A stretch of DNA of 64,000 nucleotides from Lingula anatina (taxonomy: Eukaryota > Animalia > Brachiopoda): NCBI GenBank assembly GCA_051362555.1, contig CM120640.1, positions 15,810,001 to 15,874,000 of the forward strand, written 5' to 3'. Both the position numbers and the translations under genes were made by a program. Below, in pieces: positions 1 through 11,051 of this stretch (position 1 is its first letter; every line of letters begins with the position of its first letter). Below the pieces are notes generated by a model. It searched no databases and had not been told where the DNA came from. It saw nothing but the letters and a program-made list of their open reading frames with translations.

Positions 1-857
1 ACTATATAAGTGCCATAATATAAAAATAATAAAGTATGTAAATGAGTGTAACCAGGATTAATTAAGAAAAATATGAGAAATCACAACAGCTATAGGAGAT
101 AAAAAGTTGGCGCAAATGAAAATAAAGGCCATATGATGTGAGAGAAGATACTGCTTATGATATCCTCCATTAGTCAAAATTACATATATCTTTATACTAA
201 AATTATATATATGAAATTGATATTAAATCTCCACAAACAGTTTTCTTTGTGTTCGTTCAAATAATAATAATAATAATAATAACATTTTTAAAACATACCT
301 ATGATGGTTTAGATATAAATATTTTCTACAGAACCTTATAATACTCATTTTAAATGGTCTCAAAGCGTTAAGCGCTATTTGGAACAAGACCATTTTGTAA
401 TTTGTTGTACATATCTCAATGTTATAGATGATTTTAATATTTGGCATCTTACAACATACAGTATCCTAATATCCTACTTAATAACCCATATTTGTCATCA
501 ACAGGTCAAGAATAAACTCACTTCGCTATGTTCCCGCTCCCATTCCTTGTAACTAAGTTTGTATATCTGTAGATCTCCAGATAAGACGTACATGTAATAT
601 ATAATCCAGAAATCTTACTGTCTGAAAAGAAGACAGTGACTGTGGTACTTAAAGGACTTGCGTCATACCGTCGGAATGGCCTGAACGGAGCATATTCTTC
701 AGAAAACATGCCCAACTAACGATATCTTTATCTAAATACACGAAGTAAAAGCTCATTTTGTAAATTTTGGACTCTAAAAAACGTCCTTTTTGCTTGGCCT
801 GCCAGTTAATGAGCTACGTGGTCACGTGGTACGATGACGATAATCGTGAATTTAAAA

Positions 858-2657
858 AGAAAGTCATTAGAGGCAATTTTCTGTGACCTTAAAATTGACC
901 TTTGACCTACTTTTCACCATAAACTGAACTTTGCAAATTTTTGTTCCCTTTTATCTCCAAAACTGGCAGAGATAGTTCCATAGTTACTATCGAACTTGAA
1001 TAGGAAGTCATATACTGGCAATCTAAGTGTGACCTTGAAATTGACCTTTGACCTATTTTCATCATGAATTGCACTTTGCAAATTTTGGTTCCCTTTTATC
1101 TCCAAAACTGGCAGAGATAGGTCCATAGTTACTATTGAACTTGAATAGGAAATCATTAGTGGCAATTTACTGTGACCTTGAAATTGACCTTTGACCTACT
1201 TTTCACCATGAACTTAACTTTGCAAATTTTGGTTTCCTTTTATCTCCAAAACTGGCAAAGATACACCCATAGTTACTATTGAATTTGAATAGAAAGTCAT
1301 TAGAGGCAATTTACTGTGACCTTGAAATTGACCTTTGACCTACTTTTCACCATAAACTGAACTTTGCAAATTTTTGTTCCCTTTTATCTCCAAAACTGGC
1401 AGAGATAGTTCCATAGTTACTATTGAACTTGAATAGGAAGTCATATACCGGCAATCTAAGTGTGACCTTGAAATTGACCTTTGACCTACTTTTCATCATG
1501 AATTGAACTTTGAAAATTTTGGTTCCCTTTTATCTCCAAAACTGGCAGAGATAGGTCCATAGTTACTATCGAACTTGAATAGGAAGTCATATACTGGCAA
1601 TCTAAGTGTGACCTTGAAATTGACCTTTGACCTACTTTCATCATGAATTGAATTTTGCAAATTTTGGTTCCCTTTTATCTCCAAAACTGGCAGAGATAGG
1701 TCCATAGTTACTATTGAACTTGAATAGGAAATCATTAGTGGCAATTTACTGTGACCTTGAAATTGACCTTTGACCTACTTTTCACCATGAACTTAACTTT
1801 GCAAATTTTGGTTTCCTTTTATCTCCAAAACTGGCAAAGATACACCCATAGTTACTATTGAATTTGAATAGAAAGTCATTAGAGGCAATTTACTGTGACC
1901 TTGAAATTGACCTTTGACCTACTTTTCAACATGAACTGAACTTTGCTAATTTCTTTCCCTTTGAACTCCAAACCTGACAGAGATAGGTCCATAGTTACTA
2001 TTGAAGTTGAATAGGAAGTCATATACTTGTAATCTTACTCTGACCTTGAAATTGACCTTTGACCTACTTTACACCATAAACTGAACTTTGCAATTTTTTT
2101 AATGCTTATACTTTCAAAACTGGCAAACATACACCCATAGTTACTATTGAATTTGAATAGAAAGTCATTAGAGGCAATTTACTGTGACCTTGAAATTGAC
2201 CTTTGACCTACTTTTCAACATGAACTGAACTTTGCTAATTTCTTTCCCTTTTAACTCCAAACTTGGCAGAGATATGTCCATAGTTACTATTGAACTTGAA
2301 TAGGAAGTCATAAACTGGCAATCTAAGTGTGACCTTGAAATTGACATTTGACCTACTTTTCATCATGAATTGAACTTTGCAAATTTTGGTTCCCTTTTAT
2401 CTCCAAAACTAGCAGAGATAGGTTCATAGTTACTATTGAACTTGAATAGGAAGTCATATACTGGCAATTTACTGTGACCTTGAAATTGACCTTTGACCTA
2501 CTTTTTACGATGATCTGAACTTTGATTGTAGCATTTTTAGTTATATTTTTTTTGCATATTTTGAGAATTCTTGTTGATTACATTTTTTACTGCTTGTCAA
2601 GCACAAGACTGATGGTACAATATTCGGAGGCGGTATCACCTCTCTGATCCTCTAGTT
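858..2657 (-). mobile_element. Non-autonomous Helentron-associated (HINE/pearl-like) element, one end truncated, with an internal tandem array
   Basis: 2520-2657 is the reverse complement of the terminus at 11049-11260 (AACTAGAGGATCAGAGAGG(C/T)GATACCGCCTCC...) and continues into the same ~145-bp repeat. Helentron assignment is by structure only. Confidence 0.65.
860..2525. repeat. ~145-bp tandem satellite-like array, ~12 units
   Basis: GACCTTGAAATTGACCTTTGACCTAC recurs about every 145 bp from ~885 to ~2476. Confidence 0.95.
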
Positions 2658-4021
2658 TGTATTTTACAGCATCGAATTGACATATGCAGTAATATTTGAC
2701 GTTTTTAAACTTAAAAACCTGACTCTGTATGATAAGTCTACCAGTAAAATACACGCTGAACAGAAATGTACAATTTAAAACTGAAAGCTGCGTCAATGTC
2801 TGCCATCCTGAATGTCAATATGAGAGGAGTACGTATGCTGTGCTTGCCTGTAGAACAGGTACAAACAAATTTAGGAAGGCGGTGACCTGTGGTTAGATCA
2901 CAATACCACGTTGTTAATTATTCATGTCACGTACTACTCAAATTCTATGTATATTGTCATGTTCCAAAACTGTGTGTATTAACATACAACAATGGTCAAA
3001 AAGGTTGTCCCACCCCTATTTCCATGTACTTATATTTACAAATGATCACCTCACAGATGAAAATTGTTATTAACGGTGCTCTTTATTCAAGATATCGTGT
3101 CTAACATAATTAATGGTTCAAAAAATACAAAATAGTGGTGAAAATATGCTTATTGTGTGTAAATTTGGTGACATTTGATGGCCTCTTTTCAATTTAATAG
3201 GCATTTCTTACATCTGTAGAAATCACAATGAAACAATGGATTTGAGGCTGTCAGTTTGTACAGACAAAAAGCAGAAAATAATGATGCACAACATAGGCTA
3301 CTGTCAATTTTGATGCAATAGTACATGACGGTTAACAGCAAAGTCAACACCAAATTTTAATTATTCACAAGTAACATGGATGTAAGTAAAATTCGTGACT
3401 AGCATAAGGTTTCAGGTCCATGAGAGTTCCAGTACACACCTGAAAATGCCAGAATGACAAAAATGAAAATTTCACAAAAAATTGAATAAAGCCAAGAAAA
3501 AAATGATAATCCAATTGAACTGGTTTTGCAATTTGAGCTGTATGTCAATCCTAAGAATCATTCTTGTAAGTTACAAATTATAAGTAACATGTTTTTTTTT
3601 ATAACGTTTTTGTGGTGGCAATACACAAAGTAGGTTTTTTGTCAATTTCTGCCATATTATGTTAACACACAGTAAGCACTAATCACCTGACACCTCTCCT
3701 CCATCCATTCTTGTCTCCCACTGCAAAAATGATTCTGGTTTCTCAGTGTCAAAATCATTTTGGAAAAATGACACTAGTTTCTGGTTGCCAGGTTTGTTTT
3801 TGAAAAACGAAACCCATATGTAAGAGTACATACAGTATATCATCAATGTTGCTTGACAACTAATCTCATTAATTAATTTATAGCCATAGTTAGCCTTCCA
3901 CACTGTTAATTGATAGTAAAGTAAAAGGTCTTTTGAATCAGAGTTCTAAAATTTACAGGGCTCAAAGGTTTGAGTCAAAAATCAATTAAGCCGCTCTGAA
4001 ACATTGGATATTTGCAGGAAT

Positions 4022-7000
4022 CTACTCCACGGACAGGTGCATTTCCTCCACAATGAGACGGGTGTTGCTTCGGGAACCAGAGGTGATATCTGTGTTTGAC
4101 GACATCCCATTAACGTCTGCACATGTGTTGTCAGCATACAATGAGATAACAATGTCACCTGATTGTAATCCTCTACAGATGCCTTCAACTGAAAAAGTAA
4201 GGATGGAACAATGTGAAAACCTTGAATGCATTTTTTTTCATATGCCTATAATGCATTTCAAATTTCAGAATGAAAGAGTGTGTATAAAACAGGCACAAAA
4301 CATTTTAACAGATGGCTAAGAATTATGAATTAAATGTAAGGAAAAATAATTCCAGCCAATTTACAAATAGTGTTACTAAATAAACTAATAAATCTCATTT
4401 AACTGAATATATATATTTTTTTATATAATTTTTTTATCAATGTGACTGGCTAAATTAGAAAGGCCAGAAAGACCGCATTCAGAACAGGGGACTAACAGAT
4501 TCGCAGATCAAATATGCTTGTTGCGTAACCCCTGCGTGGAATCTATTCAGTGCATAATCAGGACTTAAGCTGTAAGCTTTTTAGTAAGTAGCCACATTTA
4601 ATCCTCTGTTAGTCTGCTGTTTAAAATAGGCACTCAGTGTTATACTGTATTTCCAACACTTACTAGGATATGTTCTAAGATAGCTTGTTGGTGGGTTTGT
4701 ATACAGTCTTATATAAATACTAGCTGGGTTGGTACACTCTTGGCCATTAAACTTGAAATAGAACTTGGCACAAAGACCCCCAGGTGTGTCAAAGTCACCT
4801 ATCAGCTTGACATGAAGGGAACTCAGCGAGGACTTTTTCCTATAAGTTGCATTCTACAAAAAAATATTAATTTTTAAAAATTTTGTCCATGGACTATTGT
4901 TTCAATCAAAACATTCACTTAAGTTTACCACGTGTACAATTCATTATATTATACTATTAGTATAACACTATATATGTTCTTTCAGTTAATAAAAGCAATT
5001 AAAAAAATATATATCCTACAGATGTACATTTTAAACTGGTGATGTACACAAGATATTAGACCTTGCAGGCTACTTCAAAATATAATTTCCAATTATAATG
5101 TATAAAGGTTATAACTGACAGCAAATATTATGTTTGCAATTACAATTATCAATAAATAATTTAAAATATTATCATAATGCACTGAGCACTAATCATAAAA
5201 ATTATATCACCTTTAAAAGCCCATTATCAGTTGTATCAGCTTGTATGTCCCAGTAAAACTGCTGGATATTAAATATGGGCACTTGGTACATGACACCATC
5301 TGCATCTTCAACTGAATTAATCACAGTAAGTTATTAAATACATGAATGGTATGTAGTTGCATATTTTTAATTGTTTAAAACAATTCTCTAGGCATAACCT
5401 ACCATGGCAATCACTTTAACAAGATCCAAATGCTGAAACTTTTGACCAGGCCACAGCTTTCTACTTCTGTAAGTTAAAAATGAACTCCTCTTTCATGCAT
5501 TGCAGTTAATCACATATTCAATCAAATGGCCAAATAATAAAAAGATCTGTATTTCACTTGGAATCATCATGACTTACAATCATCATGACTTACAATCATC
5601 ATGACTTACAAGCATCAATATCATGTCCCATGCGTATTTCTTCCACCATAAACCTGGAAACAGCCAACCATCCTGTGTTTGCCTCTCCAGTTTCCACCTC
5701 ATTCACACTGCTGCGACTTTCACCAATCAACAGACGGATGCGGACTTTGCCTGCTGGGATACCTTCACAAATACCTTCCACTGAAAATGAAATGGTAAAA
5801 TATCACATTTTTTCTTGTTACATATCAAAATACTACAGAGATAATATTGCTTACTGATAAGCTTTTGTGCACACATAATCAACTCTATCTAAAGGTACAA
5901 ACAACCTCTATATGGGTCTTTCAAAATATTTTATAGTTTTAAGACAATTTTCTCTAGTGAGTAGCATCTCATGTATATGACAAAGCCTTGTTCAGTAAAA
6001 CCAAGATATCACTCTTCTGGCTTTTACGATTGCTGTCTTAAATTCTTTGGAATAAAAATTTATTACCAAGTCCAGTCCTGCTTTCACCTTCCAGTCCAGA
6101 TCCAGCAAACTGTCCCACTACTCCCTCTATAGGAGTCGGAAAACATTCTTTTGTTGAAAATGTAATGTACCTGTAAGATCAGACACCACAATGCAATTAT
6201 ATTATATAAACAAGTACTAGGATGGAAAAGGGTTCTGTGAAAAATTTGTTACAATTGTGATTTACCATTCAAGTTTTAGTGATGGTTGTTACTTTGTATT
6301 ATTTGCTGTACATGTACATCATGCTGCAAATGACAGCAAGTGCCTCCATAATACATGACACAATCAGCACAATAAACACAATACAACAGGCACAATGTAA
6401 TTTGCACAACATGACACATTCAGCACAACGAACACAACACAACAAGCACAATACAACCAGCACCACACAACACATTGGCACAACCCAATGGAACCAGTTC
6501 TATATAATACAATCAGTGCAGTTGAATGCAATTCAGCTCTAAACACAGCAGAATAGTGTCACATTTTATCAGATAACTAATACCCACCATCTTTTACTTG
6601 TGTCTCCTTGCAACCACAATGTGCCTTCCCACTTCACACGCACTGCAGTGTCTTCCTCACGCTTCACATAGTCAATGTACTAAATATAATATGATCACAT
6701 ATTCATGTACACAGCACAGTTTAATCTTCAATCAACAATAGTTGCTAAAGGAGACAAAAAATCACTTGAGGTCCTCAATAATTGAGGTCCTCAATAATTT
6801 TTCATCATATTTAACTTGCCCACCCTAGTTTACTGTGGCTTTAAACTATCTTTAATTTGACTATTCTAATTTAAATTTAAAAACAGATTTGACAAAAAAA
6901 ACAAAAATTTGAAAGTTTAATACAACAGACATTTGGGTTATTGTGAGTACTCTGATTCGAAAATGATAAATTCTTTAATCAACAACATCCTTACTGTTAG

Positions 7001-7095
7001 TTCTCCAGAAATATCTGCTTTGTTTAAGTTGTGCACTGTGTGTTGCTGTACATTGAAGACGGAATGTGCTCCACAGGGACTTGGGATAGAGGCCT
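4022..7095 (-). CDS. Paralog A: CTHRC1-like domains 2 and 3 (7 exons)
   Basis: YVKREEDTAVRVKWEG..RWYITFSTKEC..PIE..VEGICEGIPAGKV..TGW..SRFMVEEI; YRKKSSLSSLHV..CAKFYFKFNGQECTNP..IEGICRGLQSGDI..TRLIVEEM. Confidence 0.8.
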
Positions 7096-10000
7096 CTGGT
7101 TAAAATACAGGAAGAATACACACACTTTACTAAGATATTCATCAAGTTGAATTTACCTACATATACTGTGACCTGTATAAGACTATTGTTCAATGTTATA
7201 AACTATACAGCTGCACCCACAGATATTTATGATGCAGTTTCACAGGTCTGTTGAAAAAGTCACAATGGAACAAAAAGATCATTTCAGGACAAAGACTGAA
7301 TGCATAATGTTTAAAAAATGAGAGAGAGAAAAAGATAGAAAGATTGGCCAATAATCACAGTATTACTCGAATTTAATCTCACCTCCACAAATATCTTCCT
7401 TGCGGGACTGAATATCATGCTGCTCAGCAGTGTCCAGAATTTCTTGCCATGATAGGACATTCCCTTTCAGTTCAGACTGACATGTCTGTCCCATGGCAGC
7501 AATATCTAGTACTTTATCCCATACATTGACTCCAGTCAGATAACCAACATATGCTTGTGAGGTGGCAAAACATCCACCCACACAATCCTGACCTTGACCC
7601 ATGACCCAGGCTCCACCGCCTAATAGAGAGTTAGTAAGTTTGGAAAAAATATTGGATGCAACAATTGTCAATAAAAAACACAAGGCAGGGAGTCTCAGTA
7701 AAACCGCCCAGCACACAGATCAAAACAACTTCAGTAAATCCCAAAGAAAGAATATATATATATCTGATGAAACAAAACATCCACCCAAACAATCCTGCTC
7801 TTGACCTATGACCCAGGTTCCACCTCCTAAAAAATGTATTAGAATATTTGTAATCAATTGACAAGTTTGCACATAAGGAAGGATAGAATTATCAACTATG
7901 ATGGTACATATATTTTGTAATGTTATGGCATGTTACCTTTGATACAGCAGTATTCAGTTTTTGAGGTGAAATGACCTGTTTTCCATATTGTATTAGTTCA
8001 ACATGGAAGACCTCAGCAAGTACACAATTAGGTAAACATAGGTCTGTATATGGAGATAAGTATATGGAGATAAGTTGACACCACTTTTCCCCCTCCTACC
8101 AAGGCCGTCAGTGATCATAATACATCTATCCCCTCTTCTTGGTTATTGTGCTTATAATAAAATAGGATAATTAAAACACAACATTACTTTCCTTTTATCC
8201 GCATTCCAGAGGATAATCCCACGGCAGTTTTTATCAGCAGTCCATCAGAGTAGAGAGCCCATTCACCATTTGCACTCTTCCAGGTCAGACAGATATGGTG
8301 CCAGTTGTTATCATTGGTCATAGTATCAATATCTATAATGTGAAAAGAATTAACATAAAATAACATAAAAATGGTAACATAATCTATAATTTAACTAGTT
8401 ATAATAATGATAATAAAGTTTTTCCAGACAGATATGGTGCCAGTTGTTATCACTGGTCATAGTACTGACACCTATAGGATAAAGTTGTTTTTATCCAACA
8501 AATTGCATAATATAAAAAAGGGAAATTTTCAGGAAGTGTGGAGATTGAATATATGGCAACTTAATGCAGTGTCATGCAAACAAAAGGTAATACAAAAAAT
8601 CTTTCAGAATATTTCCTCTTACATATTTCTTTGCTAATTTTTCTTGGTAATTTACCATCAAACAGCCCAGCTTGTTTACTAGCCTCCCTGCAGTGTGGTA
8701 TGTAGGAAAGATCAAAGAATAAGGTACAAAAGGCACATTGTATGTATTTTCTGATGAAGTATGTCTTCTAATCCATTTCCAGTAATTTTAAAAGTGAAAT
8801 CTAATTTTACATTTGTGCAACATTTTAAATTTGTATTCTCCTTTTTGCATGACAAAAGAGACCATCCTTTAAGTGTTCAAGTGAAACTTACAAGCATCAC
8901 TACCACTGATGAAAACTTTCATGCCCTCTGATGACTGCTTGTACATTATGACTATGGCATTTGCTTCTTCTGAGTTAGCGTATGAGATAGGGCTTAACTT
9001 TGCTGTAAAAATAAAATGAAAGCAAACATATGCATTTGCATACATGTCTCCTCATTCACCAAAGCCAAAGTATAAGTAAAGGACAAACACAAATGTGGTG
9101 TTGGAAATTTGGCCGGTGGCCGAATTAATCAAAAGTACATAATGTTATAGCATAAATAATATATATCCAAACAAATAGTGCACATATTTTCATTTGTGGG
9201 GTTGCAAAGAGGTCAACAATTATCTGTACATAGACATTCATGATTAGGCCTTGAGATTCTGTCAGAGTTTATGTACAAGTTTTGTAGGCAGGTCAAAAAT
9301 AATGAATGAATGAAGAATGAATTATTCATTTACAAAATAGTGATAGAAATGTTTGCCTTAAAGGTGTCCTCACTGGGATATTCACTTCCTATCTAAATTT
9401 TCTCAAGAAAAAAAGAGCAATTTTGTCCTGTACTCCTGAGCTGTCTCTGCACTTGGATTCAATGTTTTATACCCATTTCTAGTTAAATGAACTCAAACTG
9501 GTTATAAATTTCTGTCCAAACACTTGAATTAACTTCGCAACAAGCACAGAGATTTTTTTTTTATTTGGCTTTGTATCGCGCGTGCACACACACGCGTGTG
9601 CGTGAGTGTGTGTGTGCGTGCGTGTGTGTAAGTTTGTGTGTGTGTGTGTGTGTGAGAGAGAATCTTCATTGCTTGCATGAAGCTGTGATGTGCCAAGGTT
9701 TTATAAATCAGAAGGAAAAAAAAAACAGCATGTATGCTTCAGGAAATCTTCATATTAAGAGTTTTTTATTGCTTTTAGTTTTGAAATGTGAAACAATAGA
9801 AGCTTTAAAGGATAACAATTGATTTGAGGACATTTTCAAATGCATGCAGATTGTATTTATATTCAAATGTACCACAAGCATAACTTTTGAACTTCAGTGT
9901 CGTCCAACAAAATGCCATTATATAATTCTAAAACAATACAGAACTACTTTGCACAGATCTACAATGTACTTTGGTCATTACACAATTGGAATATTTAATC

Positions 10001-11005
10001 TTTATATTTTTACATAACTGTTCTTTTCTTCAATTTGTTTTTTCTAAGGCTTTTGGTCTTTATAAACTTAAGAGTTACAACTCAGGCCTGCAGCCAGCAA
10101 TATGAAAAGGGGGGTTCTTTTTCTGAAAAAGTGGACCTTTCACCATGAAACCTTCATGTGCCTAAATAAAATTTTACCCAGAGGGGACCTTTTCCCTGGC
10201 AAAAAGGGGGGTTCTTTCATACCCCCCCCCCCCCCGAACCCCCCTGGCTACAGGCCTGCAACAGATCAAAAGTACAGAAGTCATAGTCTCATAAAAACCA
10301 CACTGTCTCACCAACCTGAGCTATCATGATAATTAGTCCTTGCCCAATAACAGAGTGTGAATTCAGTCATGTCAGGAGTCCCAGCGTGGCTGGACAAAAT
10401 GGCATACTGGCTGGTGCTCAAAGTACGCCATACCCAGACTGTTCGTGGGGAGATGGTTTCATATCGATGGAAATCTTTTCCTGAAAGAAATTAGGATTTT
10501 TCTTTAATGACCAAGGTACAACACGTCCAAAATTGTGGAGTAACACTCAATTTGCAGATTGACATATGTGAATTTCGTTTTAATTAAAATTGCACCTTGG
10601 TGATTCAGTATAAATTGTTGAAACTCCAAGAAAGTTAATATTTTTCTCTAAAAAAGGCCTGATGCACATTTAAACTTCTTCTCAGTCTTCTCTACAAAAT
10701 CGGATACACTACTCTACACCCACAAGTAGGTGTTTATAGAAATCATACCGACTGGTGAGGAATGTGTCCTGCCTGATCATCTCAAATCCAACGTGGATGT
10801 TTCATCCAATCTAGTAACAGCTAGCTATTCCAAGAAATTGTAGAGACAACTTTTGGCTAGACTGAGCAAATCCCCACTGAAGGGCATACACATTTTTGCC
10901 TTTAAAGCAACAATTTTACAAACAAACTTTCACAGCAATGCATACGTATACAGTAGATCATGTGTATCATGTGTATTTGTATATTTTTAGTAGAAAATTG
11001 TTTCC

Positions 11006-11051
<46 letters not shown>

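Noticed and set aside
860-2525. Regularly spaced repeats resembling a CRISPR array; ORFs 914-1165 and 1496-1744
   Set aside because: The 'spacers' are homologous to one another (a tandem satellite), the context is eukaryotic, no cas genes are present, and the ORFs are by-products of the repeat.
6279-6546. Cys-rich ORFs resembling metallothionein or toxins
   Set aside because: They are translations of a CA-rich low-complexity intronic tract absent from paralog B.
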